A stretch of DNA of 64,000 nt from an uncultured Nitrospirales bacterium (GCA_964569295.1 CAZMVU010000001.1:84559-148558); one strand, 5' to 3'; shown: positions 1-14,659, numbered from the stretch's first letter. Notes: generated by a model not told the origin, from the sequence alone. A program made the numbers and translations.

Positions 1-41
1 GCGGCCCTTGAACCATCTGGCAGGCATGGGGCTACCTCACC

Positions 42-1001
<960 letters not shown>

Positions 1002-1270
1002 GGGGCATTGTCTCTCCACCAGTTTGCCGGCTATCCGTGCATCCCCCGAACCTGTGTTCGGCGTTTGTTGTTGCGGCCGGCAGCGTTGCGTCCAACCAGA
1101 CCGGCCGCGTACCCCCGGGACAAGCCCGGTCCATCCCGCCGTTTTACGTAACATCCGGCAAGGAATGTCTATTCGCGCCCCGGCAGCATCCTTTGGCTGC
1201 GGCGGGCTGCGCACCGTCTAATCCGCAGCGCTATGAAGTATCCCCGCAAAGCCCAGGCATGCCGCACACG

Positions 1271-2257
1271 CTAAAGCCAGCGATCGAACCACTCATCCGC
1301 CACCTCGAGAACTTCCCGGGTGAAGGTGTGGTACCCATCCTGGTGGGTAAAATGATCGATGGCCCCCGGCGCGCCGAGGAGCTTATAGATCCGGGCCGCG
1401 TGCTTGACTGCCTTGTCGCACGAGCGCGGTGAAGGCATTGGGGTATCGCTCATTGATGTCACTATCAACGTAGGACTCGGCGCCGCAAGCGCCAGCAGGT
1501 GCTCCCAGTCAAAACCAATCCCCTCATCCTCCGCGCACTTGCGCAACTTGGGCGCTAACAACAATTCGGGCATGGGCGGCCACACCGCCGGGTCTTTTTG
1601 TGCGGCGAACCGCGTGAAACCGCAACTCGCCACACATGCCTGGATCCGCTCATCGAAGGCGGCAAGCAGCAGCGCGTTGAAACCGCCGATGCCATGGCCG
1701 ATCACGCCAATCCGGGCACTGTCCACGCGCCGCTGTTCGTCCAGGAGGTCGAGCGCGTACATGTGGTCCATCAGCATCTTGCCCGCGGCGGACAGCTTGG
1801 TGTTTTCCTTGGTGTAGTTCTTCATGTCGAAGGGACGCTGCGACCCTGTCCGCCGCTCCCCCACACCCAGCGTGTCCGTCGCCAGGGTCACATAGCCCAG
1901 TTCTGCGTAGTGTTGGGCGAAAGCTAGCCTGTGATCGCCCTCCATGCCCGCCGCCTCGTCTTTGCCGTAGGGCGTTTCCTGGTGACAGCAAAGCAGCGCC
2001 GGCGCTTCATCCTTACCTTCGGGTATAAAGAGCCACCCGGAGACCCGTTCCCATCCCTCGATGAAGTAGTTCACGCGCCGCCGCGAGTAACCGTGGTAGT
2101 CCATCTCGTCCACGGTCTTCGTCTGGGTCTCTGCGCGGTTCTTGGGCATCGTACCCAACACGGCACGCACCTGCTCCTCAATCTCACCACGCAATTTCGG
2201 CCACGTGGCCAGGCTCTTCAGTTTTGAAAGGTCGACCATTCGTCTTCTTTGCTCCAC
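1271..2257 (-). CDS. alpha/beta-hydrolase (dienelactone hydrolase / acetyl-xylan-esterase-like)
   Basis: Nucleophile elbow 'GHGIGG' (GxSxG-like), ~320 aa alpha/beta fold pattern; probable start at MVDLSKL (2239). Confidence 0.55.
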   Translation of the reverse strand: MEQRRRMVDLSKLKSLATWPKLRGEIEEQVRAVLGTMPKNRAETQTKTVDEMDYHGYSRRRVNYFIEGWERVSGWLFIPEGKDEAPALLCCHQETPYGKDEAAGMEGDHRLAFAQHYAELGYVTLATDTLGVGERRTGSQRPFDMKNYTKENTKLSAAGKMLMDHMYALDLLDEQRRVDSARIGVIGHGIGGFNALLLAAFDERIQACVASCGFTRFAAQKDPAVWPPMPELLLAPKLRKCAEDEGIGFDWEHLLALAAPSPTLIVTSMSDTPMPSPRSCDKAVKHAARIYKLLGAPGAIDHFTHQDGYHTFTREVLEVADEWFDRWL

Positions 2258-2326
2258 TTCATCTTAAGGGCATGGCCTGCGCTGCACGCCGGGCTCGGCC
2301 GCGCGGCAAGTAAACGACCATCATGA

Positions 2327-5703
<3,377 letters not shown>

Positions 5704-5733
5704 CACGATCGAAGGAAAGGCCGCGCTGGAACC

Positions 5734-6501
5734 ATGGCCGAGAACATCATTGAAGTACGCAACCTCGTCGCGCACTATGGCACTTTCAAAGTACTCGACA
5801 ATATATCCTTCGACGTGCGCCGGGGCGAGATTTTTCTGATCATCGGCGGCAGCGGCTGCGGCAAAAGCACCCTGCTCAAACAGATGTGCGGCCTTCTCAC
5901 CCCCACAACCGGGCAAATCCTTTACAATGGGGAAGACCTTGCCAGTATGGATGAAGAGGAAATGGCCCGCATGCAACGCACCATCGGCATCGCATTCCAG
6001 AACAGCGGCCTCTTGAACGCCATGACCGTCGGCGACAACGTGGCCCTGCCCTTGCGCGAATACGGCAATGTGGACGAGGCATTCATCGATCCCCTCGTGC
6101 GCATGAAGCTCAGTCTCGTCGGGCTCTCCGACGCCCAGCACCTCCTGCCCGATGAACTCTCCGGCGGCATGCGCAAGCGCGCCGGTCTCGCGCGCGCCAT
6201 CGCCCTCGATCCGCCCCTCGTCTACTTCGACGAGCCCTCCGCAGGCCTGGACCCCATCATGGCTTCCGGGCTCGACCAACTGATTCTCAACCTGCGCCGC
6301 CTACTTGGCATCACTTTTGTCATCGTTACGCACGAACTCGACAGCATACGCACCGTGGCGGACCGCATCCTCATGCTGGATCGCGGTGAAACCATATTTC
6401 TTGGGTCACTCGAAGAAGCCGAATCCAACGCGCCCGAACGTGTACGCCAGTTTTTCGAACGCAAGCCGGATGTGTTCATCGCGCAGCGCAACATTTCATA
6501 A
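5734..6501 (+). CDS. ABC transporter ATP-binding protein (MlaF/Mkl-like)
   Basis: Walker A 'GGSGCGKST', signature 'LSGGMRKRAGLARA', Walker B 'LVYFDEPSAGLDP'. Confidence 0.9.
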   Translation: MAENIIEVRNLVAHYGTFKVLDNISFDVRRGEIFLIIGGSGCGKSTLLKQMCGLLTPTTGQILYNGEDLASMDEEEMARMQRTIGIAFQNSGLLNAMTVGDNVALPLREYGNVDEAFIDPLVRMKLSLVGLSDAQHLLPDELSGGMRKRAGLARAIALDPPLVYFDEPSAGLDPIMASGLDQLILNLRRLLGITFVIVTHELDSIRTVADRILMLDRGETIFLGSLEEAESNAPERVRQFFERKPDVFIAQRNIS

Positions 6502-6513
6502 GGAAAGATCCCC

Positions 6514-7497
6514 GTGGCGACCCGAAAACAGAAAATCAAAGTGGGCGTTTTCCTCACCGTGTGTTTCGTCTTGCTGGTCACTATCGTAACCATCATAGCC
6601 GGTTTTATCGAAGCAACGGGCGTTTCCCACAGCATCCGCTTCCCCGGCTCCGTCAGTGGCCTCTACGAGGGCGCGCCCGTGCAGTACCAGGGCGTCCCCG
6701 TTGGCAAGGTGACCGCCATCGCCGTTAACCCGAAGAACGAGGTGGTTGTCAAGATCAACGTCGATCCCGAGAAGGCCACGCTCTACCGCGGCGTGAAGGC
6801 CGAACTCGTTATCTACAGCTTTGCTGCGGGTACCATGGCCGTTTCGTTGAGCGGCGGCGATCCGGATCGGGGTGAGCTGCCGCCCAACAGCACCATTCAA
6901 GCGCGCGCTTCCGCCCTCACGGCCATCGGCACACAGGCAGAAGAAGTGCTCACCACCGTGAATAAATTCGCGCAAACTTTCACCAAGCAATTCCAAGGCG
7001 AAAAAGGCGAGGAAGGGCTCGTGCGCAAGGTAAGCAGTCTCCTCGATCGCGCCCAGGAACTCGCGGATAATGCCGAAAGCCTTCTCAATACCGCCACGGA
7101 GACCATCGGCAATGCGGATACCTATATGGCGGATGTCACCGAGGAGGCCTCGGGCCTCAGCGGCGACATACGCACCTTCACCCGAAACGCTGACGACATG
7201 GTGACCGAGATGCGCGAAAAACTCGCCGTTTTCGACGTGGACACGATGCAAACAGACGTCGACCGCGCCATGCGCAACATCGCCGAGATTTCCGAAGAAT
7301 TGAAGTCCACCGCCACAGGACTCGACGACACCATCGCCGGCGTCGAGCACGATGTGGACAATGTGAGCTATGCCCTGCGTTCGACCCTCGAAGACCTTCG
7401 CGAGGCGCTGCGCGGCGTCTCTGACCTCGCCACCCAAGTGAAACAAGACCCCGCCTCGCTCATCCGGGGGCGGGGCGCGCCACGCGATTCGCGCTAA
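6514..7497 (+). CDS. MCE-domain substrate-binding protein (MlaD/Mce family) with a long C-terminal helical extension
   Basis: N-terminal TM anchor, then MCE domain ('VSGLYEGAPVQYQGVPVGKVTAI'); C-terminal ~170 aa coiled-coil-like region. Confidence 0.8.
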   Translation: MATRKQKIKVGVFLTVCFVLLVTIVTIIAGFIEATGVSHSIRFPGSVSGLYEGAPVQYQGVPVGKVTAIAVNPKNEVVVKINVDPEKATLYRGVKAELVIYSFAAGTMAVSLSGGDPDRGELPPNSTIQARASALTAIGTQAEEVLTTVNKFAQTFTKQFQGEKGEEGLVRKVSSLLDRAQELADNAESLLNTATETIGNADTYMADVTEEASGLSGDIRTFTRNADDMVTEMREKLAVFDVDTMQTDVDRAMRNIAEISEELKSTATGLDDTIAGVEHDVDNVSYALRSTLEDLREALRGVSDLATQVKQDPASLIRGRGAPRDSR

Positions 7498-7511
7498 GAA
7501 AGGGACCTCTT

Positions 7512-8105
7512 ATGCGTCACGCCCGCCTATTCGCCGTCACCGTTATTGTCTTTGGTCTCCTGGCCGGTTGCGCCACCCGGCAGTACACGCCCACCCGCTA
7601 TTTCCTCATCCAGCCGGATGTCGCCGCCGAAGCACCGCCCTCTGCGGACACGACGCTTGGTTACCGGCCTATCGAGGCGGCAGCCCCGTACAATAAAAAA
7701 GCCATGGCGTACCGCGCAGACACCCACGAACTCCGCTACCGTCAAGACCAGGAATGGAGCGAGCTCCCAGCGCAAACCGTGACGCGCACCCTCGCCGATG
7801 CCCTGCGCGCTACGGGCCGCTTTGGCGATGTAGGCAATGCCGCCGATATGCCTCCCCCCGATTTCATGCTCAGCGGCACACTGCGCGAATTCGCCGAAGA
7901 CCGCACCACGACGCCCGCCACCTGCCGCCTCATTCTGCGCCTCGAGTTGCGCGGTGGGCGCGGCGGCGAAGTCGTGTGGAGCGAGGTCCTCAACGCCGAA
8001 GTCCCGCTCGCATCTACGCAGGCCGGAGCCCTCGCGCAGGCCATGAGCAAGGCCACTGCCGACATAGCCCAGCGTGCCGCCAAGGCCATTGCGCAGGCCA
8101 TGTAA
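7512..8105 (+). CDS. ABC-transport auxiliary lipoprotein (PqiC/YmbA, DUF330-like)
   Basis: Signal peptide with lipobox 'LLAGC'; size and position downstream of the MCE gene match Mce/Pqi-associated lipoproteins. Confidence 0.55.
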   Translation: MRHARLFAVTVIVFGLLAGCATRQYTPTRYFLIQPDVAAEAPPSADTTLGYRPIEAAAPYNKKAMAYRADTHELRYRQDQEWSELPAQTVTRTLADALRATGRFGDVGNAADMPPPDFMLSGTLREFAEDRTTTPATCRLILRLELRGGRGGEVVWSEVLNAEVPLASTQAGALAQAMSKATADIAQRAAKAIAQAM

Positions 8106-8117
8106 ACGAACAAGCGC

Positions 8118-9863
8118 CTATTCTTTCTGGCGCATACGCACACTGCGCAGTCTGTTGATAGCCGCGCCCACCTCGAACTTGCGCGGGCGCGCGAAATTTC
8201 CGGGGTGCTGCTCCGGGCGGTAAAACGGGTCGAGCGCATCCAGCCCTTCCGTATCAAGGTAGCGTTCTACCGCGTGCAACACTTCCCGCAGCGAAGTCTT
8301 GCCATCCATGAACCTGTCCGCAGCCAGTTGAATCGCGCAGCCCACGGCGCGCGTCTGACTGAGATCCACCAGCTGTTCCACGCCGCGCAGGTCGATGGTG
8401 TCCGATCCGAAGCGTATTTCGTCGCGCTCCCGTGCGTCGATCTTCAGCTCTTTACGCCCCCGCGACGGGTCGAAACTTTCCGGCTGGGGAACACGATTTC
8501 GCACGCCCGTGAGCGGCGCCGGCGCCTCATGCGCCCGTTGGCTGGCGAAGCGCTGCGCCACCGCCCGCGCCTCGGCAGTCACATCCTGCGGCATGTAATC
8601 GCGCATCATGATGACCGTATCCGCCACATCAAAGTAATCGCCGCAGCCGCCCATGACCAGCACGGTTGACACGCCGAGCTCGTCATACAGGGCGCGTACC
8701 CGATCGAGAAACGGCGTAATCGGCTCGTAATCCTTATTTACCAGCGCCTGCATACGCGCATCACGCACCATGAAATTCGTCGCCGAGGTGTCCTCGTCCA
8801 GCAGCAAGACCGAGGCGCCCATTTCCGCCGCCTCGACAATGTTTGCAGCCTGGCTCGTGCTCCCGGAAGCATCGTCCGTGCGGAAACGCTCCGTGCTGCG
8901 GCCCTGCGGCAGGTTGTCGATAAACACGCTGATGTCCACGTTCTCGACGCGCCGCCCATCCTCTGCACGAATCTTCACGGCGTTCGCCGCAGACACGACA
9001 TACTCCCGTCCGTCGCCCGGCACATGGGGATACACACCGCGTTCGATGGCCTGTAAGAGCGTGGATTTTCCGTGATAGCCCCCGCCCACGATTACGGTCA
9101 CGCCTTTGGGAATACCCGTGCCGCAGACCGTTTTGACGCCGTCGACCGCATTGGGCGCCTCAAAGGTGTAACGCAATGTGTTGGGTGCGTGGAACGGCGT
9201 TACCCCCTCCCCCGTCATCGGGCGGTCCGTGGCGCCGCTTTCCCGCGGCAACACGGCGCCATCGGCGACAAACGCCACCAATCCCGCTGCCGCCAGTTGG
9301 CCGCGTATGTGCTCCTGGTTCTCAACACAGTCCACGAACCGCCGTACCGCGGACTCCTTCAGATTGTGCCAATGAAGCCCCGCCGCCGCCACTTCGGGCA
9401 ACTCAGCACACAGCATTTCCTCCGCCTGCCGGCCCAACACGCGGCGGCCTGCGGCCGGCAGGCCCACCTGCAAACGCGCTTCAACCCACGCATCCGTCAC
9501 GACCAGGGCGGTGCGCGCCAACACCTCCTGCCGCCCCGCATCAATCGTGATGAGTCCGCTCTTGCCGGAACCGCGTCCCCCTTGCGCCACAGTGCGAATC
9601 GCACGGGCCACCGCCCGGCCCAGGTAATCGCCCAGCGCCAGCCGCCGTACCGGATTGGACTGCACGCCGGCGGGAATCTGCGCCACATCCATGGGCACGC
9701 GCACACGAACCTTGGAAGGCGCCGCGAAGGGATCGCCCTGTACATGGTCGATGTATACCGTGACACCATCGCCCGCATATGCGCCGCCGATGTCCTTGTA
9801 GGCCTTGTAGCTGTTTCGGTCGATTCTGCGTAAGGTGTGGGCAAGATCGTCCAGTGACTTCAT
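8118..9863 (-). CDS. Predicted ATPase of the ABC class (COG3044 / ABC_ATPase-family)
   Basis: P-loop 'GGGYHGKSTLLQAIERG', 'LLLDEDTSATNFM' Walker B-like; 581 aa is typical of this stand-alone family. Confidence 0.55.
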   Translation of the reverse strand: MKSLDDLAHTLRRIDRNSYKAYKDIGGAYAGDGVTVYIDHVQGDPFAAPSKVRVRVPMDVAQIPAGVQSNPVRRLALGDYLGRAVARAIRTVAQGGRGSGKSGLITIDAGRQEVLARTALVVTDAWVEARLQVGLPAAGRRVLGRQAEEMLCAELPEVAAAGLHWHNLKESAVRRFVDCVENQEHIRGQLAAAGLVAFVADGAVLPRESGATDRPMTGEGVTPFHAPNTLRYTFEAPNAVDGVKTVCGTGIPKGVTVIVGGGYHGKSTLLQAIERGVYPHVPGDGREYVVSAANAVKIRAEDGRRVENVDISVFIDNLPQGRSTERFRTDDASGSTSQAANIVEAAEMGASVLLLDEDTSATNFMVRDARMQALVNKDYEPITPFLDRVRALYDELGVSTVLVMGGCGDYFDVADTVIMMRDYMPQDVTAEARAVAQRFASQRAHEAPAPLTGVRNRVPQPESFDPSRGRKELKIDARERDEIRFGSDTIDLRGVEQLVDLSQTRAVGCAIQLAADRFMDGKTSLREVLHAVERYLDTEGLDALDPFYRPEQHPGNFARPRKFEVGAAINRLRSVRMRQKE

Positions 9864-10072
9864 ACGATACTCCCGGTTTGCAATTTGGGGTTGTACCCAG
9901 CATAACGAATCCTGCGCGGCCTGTGGAACATTGGCCGCGCAGCACCTCGCTGTACCCTGGAAAATCGTAATTCTTTAGCCGTATGGCGCAACGCGGCGCA
10001 CTCATTTTGCCAATCTGTTGCGTGATAGCGAATACCAGCGTGCGATGGGGATAGCCATGCATACATCGTGAC

Positions 10073-10150
10073 ACATAGAGACAGCGGGTGGGCCAGAACC
10101 GCTACCCGCGCTGATACCGGGGCGTTCTATGACGCAGGGAAAACGGCTCA
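10073..10150. repeat. ~85-bp interspersed direct repeat, copy A (second copy at 47457-47540)
   Basis: ~88% identity to 47457-47540; shared core 'ACGGGTGGGCCAGARCCGCTACCCGCGCTGATACCGGGGSGTT..ATGACGCAGGGAAAACGG'. Confidence 0.7.
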
Positions 10151-10456
10151 CGGCAAACGGCTCAAGAAATACGGAAATTCTTATGCCCCATTTCCATTGT
10201 GAGGATACGTGGGGCCTAGCTCTTGGGCATATATAACGTATATAGCTATTGGTAAGGCGCACAACACCGGGTCTATGTGGGGGGCCCCCGTTGCGAAGGG
10301 ATGGCGGAACCATTTCGCGCGTACGCTGTCCTATCGCGACTGCCGTATGGTGGTGGTCTACAACTGGAACTGCGGCTACCGCTTTCGTGAAGCCCCCGGC
10401 GCTATCGCGGAACTGCGCGCTCATGACAAATTGACGCCCGTGATGGGAGTTGGGGC

Positions 10457-12247
10457 TCAGTCGTTGCCGAGCACCGCCGAGATCATGTCATCGGTGGTCT
10501 CGCTTAAATCGCCATAATGGAGCGCCACGTCGGCCAGGTTGTTCAGAAAATCATGGCTTGCCGAAAGAAAGGCCTCGTTGTAACGTTCGACGTAGCGTTC
10601 CAGCTTACGCCAAGCTTGGCCAAGAAGGTTCAAACTCTGGGTGACAGCTTCTACCGTCTCCGAGCCCCGCCAGAGTTCCGCGAGGTTACGCTGCCGCCGC
10701 AACGCCGCCTCCTGCGTTTCCAAGCCTGCGATGGCCTCGTTGAAGTAGCCCGCCCCCGCCTCCACCTGTTCCCCCATCTTCCTTACCGCATTGTAGATCG
10801 TGTCGGCGGCATCGTAGTCGCCCCGGGAAGCGTAGTAATCACCCTGCACCAGCAGGCTCGCGCGCAAATCACGCATGTATTCATACTCCATGGCGCCAGC
10901 GGTTATCGCCGCCAGCATTTGCGCGCTTTCTTCATTCATCCCCGCTGCCGCCAGGGCCGCTTCCCGTCCGCGCGCCGTCGTTCCCGCGTAGGCATAGCTC
11001 TCCTCGTACTCCATGGCGTGTTGCAGCGCATCCAATGCATTCGCCATGTCGCCCTCGCGCAGATGTATCTGTGCTTCCATATAATAGGGCAGCCCGTTGT
11101 ACGCGTCGGCCTGACGCATCGCCGCCAATTGCATCATTGCGCGTTCGGTATCTTCCAGGGCGCCCATACTTTTGGCGAGCGCAAAGCGCAGATACGGGTC
11201 TTCGGGGTGACGTCCAGCCTCACGCATCAACACATCCACCGCATCGCTGGGGGGAAGAAACAACACCGCACCCAGCAGTTCTTCGCGTGAGAGGTCGCCG
11301 CTGTTAATGAGTGCCCAGGCCTCCTCGGGCGTCAGGCTGGCGATACTGGCCAGAAGATCACGGTCACTTTCCTCGCCGTACAACGCATCTTGGCGCGCTT
11401 GCAACACATCCCCGAGCGTCAGTTCCTCATCCTTCCTGAATGCCGCTTTATCGCGCGCGGACGCCGCTTCTTCGTTGACGCGCGGGCCTTGGGCCCTGGT
11501 GATGGGGGCGACATTCCCGGACGTGTTGAGGTCCCTGGTGAAATCCTCCGGCGGCGCCTGATCAACGGTGGCCCCTTCAATGTCCGGGGTGTCATCCTGT
11601 TTGGCCAACTGCTTCGGCGTGTCCCTCATCGCGGCAGACACACCCCAAAACACTGCCGATACCCCGAGCACGAGACATGCCGCCGCTGCTATCCACAGTC
11701 CCGCGATGGTTCGTTGGCGGCGCGGTGCCGCTTTTGCAGGCGCCCGGCCTTCAAGTTTCACTACGTTGCGCTTGCCGCCGAGTCCGGCGCGGCGTGCCTG
11801 AAGCAAAACGTCATCCACGAGATCCACGGCCGGCGCGCATGCCCGCGCGGCATCCCCGGCTTCCGAGAGCGCCGTGGCCGTGAGCACATCCGAAACGAGA
11901 TCGACTTCGGGGGTCGCGGCCCCGGTCTTTGCCCCCAGATCCACCAGCGCCGTGGCCGTCAGGATGTCCTCCACGTAATCGCTTGTTGCGGCGTGCGGCA
12001 ACGTTTCTCCATCATCCACCAGGGCTTTGTCCGTCAGCGACTGCCCCACCACCTCGCCCAGGGTCTGCAACTCATCCGCCACGGCAGACAATGCTGTATA
12101 GGTGGCCCACGCTTCCTCATCCTCACGCAAGCACGCTTCGTGCGCGGCCACCGCCGCCACATTCAGTCCACCACCCAGCAGCGCCGCGAGGGCTTCCCGG
12201 TGTCTGTCGTGTAGTCTGTTCACGTGCTCTCTTTGATGTGCGTGCAT
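10457..12247 (-). CDS. Putative transmembrane anti-sigma factor: N-terminal cytoplasmic domain with three ~26-aa 'TATAL..VDLV.DVL' repeats, one TM helix, large C-terminal helical/TPR-like domain
   Basis: Directly downstream of and 28 nt overlapping the ECF sigma gene; single predicted TM 'IAGLWIAAAACLVLGVSAVFWGV'; no recognisable RskA/ChrR signature. Confidence 0.45.
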   Translation of the reverse strand: MHAHQREHVNRLHDRHREALAALLGGGLNVAAVAAHEACLREDEEAWATYTALSAVADELQTLGEVVGQSLTDKALVDDGETLPHAATSDYVEDILTATALVDLGAKTGAATPEVDLVSDVLTATALSEAGDAARACAPAVDLVDDVLLQARRAGLGGKRNVVKLEGRAPAKAAPRRQRTIAGLWIAAAACLVLGVSAVFWGVSAAMRDTPKQLAKQDDTPDIEGATVDQAPPEDFTRDLNTSGNVAPITRAQGPRVNEEAASARDKAAFRKDEELTLGDVLQARQDALYGEESDRDLLASIASLTPEEAWALINSGDLSREELLGAVLFLPPSDAVDVLMREAGRHPEDPYLRFALAKSMGALEDTERAMMQLAAMRQADAYNGLPYYMEAQIHLREGDMANALDALQHAMEYEESYAYAGTTARGREAALAAAGMNEESAQMLAAITAGAMEYEYMRDLRASLLVQGDYYASRGDYDAADTIYNAVRKMGEQVEAGAGYFNEAIAGLETQEAALRRQRNLAELWRGSETVEAVTQSLNLLGQAWRKLERYVERYNEAFLSASHDFLNNLADVALHYGDLSETTDDMISAVLGND

Positions 12248-12810
12248 TTATCACGCAGTTGCCGAAGGATGCGGTGCAATCGTGTTCGGATCGCTCCTTC
12301 TGTACTGTCTACGATCTCTGCGATCTCACGCGCCGACATGCGCTCGAAATAACGCAGCTTCACGACCTCTTGGGCCTTTTCCGGCAGCGTTTCGAGGGCC
12401 ACCATGAGCAACCGGTGCCGCTCGTTCTCCATTACCAATTCGAGCGGGCCGTCCGTCGGCGATTCGAGCACCGCCCCCGATTCTTCCCGGGCGCTGCTGG
12501 CGTACTCCTCCAGGGTCTCCATAGAGACAGGCCGCTTCCGCTTCAGCTCATTCAGGCACAGGTTGCGTGCGATGCACAACATCCACGGCTTAAAACGGCG
12601 CGTCACATCGAAGCGGTCCCGCGCCACGTAAATCCGCAGAAACGTCTCCTGAGCCGCTTCGCGAGCGAGCTCCACGTTTTTCAAGTAATGCAGGCAAAAC
12701 CGAAAGACATCGTTCTGGTATCGCCGCACCAACCCCGCCAACGCCTCCTCCGAACCGTGACGGAGCAATTCCATAAGTTGCTCGTCGGTGTGTTCTTCTA
12801 CTGTGGCCAT
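12220..12810 (-). CDS. ECF (sigma-70 group IV) RNA polymerase sigma factor
   Basis: Region 2 'FLRIYVARDRFD', region 4 'LRYFERMSAREIAEIVDSTEGAIRTRLHR'; start at Met 'MATVEEH' (12810). Confidence 0.85.
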   Translation of the reverse strand: MATVEEHTDEQLMELLRHGSEEALAGLVRRYQNDVFRFCLHYLKNVELAREAAQETFLRIYVARDRFDVTRRFKPWMLCIARNLCLNELKRKRPVSMETLEEYASSAREESGAVLESPTDGPLELVMENERHRLLMVALETLPEKAQEVVKLRYFERMSAREIAEIVDSTEGAIRTRLHRILRQLRDKCTHIKEST

Positions 12811-13004
12811 GCGAATCCTCGCATTGAGCGCCCTCCGGCTGGCCCGCCCCCAAGACGCTGCGAGACGGAACACTGGTTATGGTACCGGCGAAACTCGAAA
12901 ACATCACATTGGCCCCCCGGCAAAACCCATGCGGCGGACCAGATAGAATTGTACGGCGCAGCCCGCGCCAGCGCAAGCCGCGCGGCCCGCGCAAACTGTG
13001 AAAA

Positions 13005-13559
13005 CTATAAATGCCGTAACGGTGTGCGCAGGTAGCGCGCCACCCCGGCTTCTCGTATCCAGTGCGACACCGAAACCACGGCATCTTCCACCGCGCGCAG
13101 TGCCGTGCGGCCCCGTTCCGGCGCGGCCGGCGCATTTGCCGCCGCCTGCAGGGCCTGCGCACCCAAGCGCAACGCACGCAACGGCTTTGCCGGCAGCGCG
13201 AGTACATCAAACCCTTCGCTCAGACGCAGCTTGTAATGATTCACACGCGGCACGAAATCCTGGGCGAACCACCGCGCGGTCTGTGGCCGTAGCCGATGTG
13301 TGCCTTGGGGGACGTGGTCGCGGTACTGTTGCGCAAGGTCAACGAGGTCATTGGCCAACGCGCACAACGTTTCGCCGTGCGCCCGGCTGTCGGCATCGGG
13401 CGGTATAGTCTGTTGTTCATAGGACAGCATGTATTGTACACCCCAAAATGACACCCCCATGCTCACCAGGAACCCCGCCAGAGCCGCCAACAGCATGAGC
13501 AGCCACCGGATCTGCCGCGCCCAGAAGCCGGGTTCTGCCCGCCGGTTCCGCTCACTCAT
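13005..13559 (-). CDS. Hypothetical membrane-anchored protein (184 aa)
   Basis: N-terminal TM 'IRWLLMLLAALAGFLVSMGVSFWGV'; 8-nt overlap with the upstream SprT-like gene; no family recognised. Confidence 0.4.
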   Translation of the reverse strand: MSERNRRAEPGFWARQIRWLLMLLAALAGFLVSMGVSFWGVQYMLSYEQQTIPPDADSRAHGETLCALANDLVDLAQQYRDHVPQGTHRLRPQTARWFAQDFVPRVNHYKLRLSEGFDVLALPAKPLRALRLGAQALQAAANAPAAPERGRTALRAVEDAVVSVSHWIREAGVARYLRTPLRHL

Positions 13560-14343
13560 GGCGGCGCAACAGGCGGCGCAGGTTTGCCGGCGTACCAATC
13601 CATGCCGCGGCCCGCTCATAATCCGGGTAGGCCCGCTCCATTTCCCGGAACTGCGGCGGGTGCAGGCGCCGGCGCCCGTTCGGGCTCTCCTCGACCCCTA
13701 GCATGGCGTGAAGCATTTCGTGAAAGACAATATAGCGCACAATGTACTGAGGCACGAATTCCTGGTCCAGCAACGGATGAATCCGGATAAGCCGCTGTTC
13801 GCGGCTATAGCTCCCGAAGCGGATGCTGCGCCGTACGCGGCGTGTGGGCATGCGTCCCCAGGTTATGTGTGCTTCGACGGCATTGTTAAAAAAGCGGGCG
13901 TTGACCGTTGCATACAGCGCTTTCAGGTCAAAGTGCCGGCCCTTCGTGCGCACCCGTATCGAACGCGAAGGTTTCGAGCGAATGCGGTCCTTGTGCGTAC
14001 TCACAAACGCGTCGATAATCTTGCCTGCTGCTCCATCCTTCGGGTTTTGCATCCAGGTGGCCAAGGCCGCGCGTACGGGGTCGGACGCATCAAGGAACAT
14101 GTGGTGCAGGCGCAGGCTTAAATAGCGGCCCGCCGGATCGGGCCGCAGGCTGAGCATTCGCGACCGGTTATCGGTCAGATGCAGACAAATGGTCTCCCCC
14201 GCGCGTTCGCTAAGCTCCGCGCGAAGGGCTTCGGCCTTTGTCAACAATTCTGCCTTCTCGTCTGCCGCGGGCATGTGTTGCCTCAGCCCCGCTGATTCGC
14301 CTTTTTCCGGCGCCTTTGGCGGCCCTTCGAACTCCATCTGCAT
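13552..14343 (-). CDS. SprT-like zinc metallopeptidase-family protein
   Basis: HExxH motif 'FHEMLHAML' in a SprT-like context ('IRFGSYSREQRLIRIHPLL'); start taken at Met 'MQMEFEG'. Confidence 0.5.
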   Translation of the reverse strand: MQMEFEGPPKAPEKGESAGLRQHMPAADEKAELLTKAEALRAELSERAGETICLHLTDNRSRMLSLRPDPAGRYLSLRLHHMFLDASDPVRAALATWMQNPKDGAAGKIIDAFVSTHKDRIRSKPSRSIRVRTKGRHFDLKALYATVNARFFNNAVEAHITWGRMPTRRVRRSIRFGSYSREQRLIRIHPLLDQEFVPQYIVRYIVFHEMLHAMLGVEESPNGRRRLHPPQFREMERAYPDYERAAAWIGTPANLRRLLRRHE

Positions 14344-14659
14344 GACTGGCCACGCGCTCCGTGTCGTTGTGATCCCGTTCGCTGCCAAGTATATGAATTG
14401 TACCCTGCCCAAAGGAAATGGGTTCATGCGCCCATCCGGTCAACGAGCCTCCTGAGGCCAGCCCGGGGGCGCCGTTCATGCAGTGACGGCGATAACGACG
14501 CCACGGGGACATGCCCCATGTGTGCCTATGCACGGGGCAGGTATATACCACCTGCACAGCGTTCCCTGTCACGGCGCGCACTATATCTTTTCGACAGGGG
14601 TTCTTGGCAGTACGCCGCTGTACCCGGTACTATAACGCCCGCCGGCGCATCCAGGCGAT

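Noticed and set aside
8205-10074. Plus-strand and minus-strand ORFs (8205-8669, 9072-9833, 9541-10074) overlapping the ABC-class ATPase gene and the downstream intergenic region
   Set aside because: Antisense or out-of-frame to a gene with clear P-loop homology; products are Arg/Pro-rich with no motifs
12811-13004. GGAAC-N16-CGAAAC ECF-type promoter motif upstream of the sigma gene
   Set aside because: The motif is on the plus strand whereas the sigma gene is on the minus strand; on the correct strand no GGAAC -35 is present
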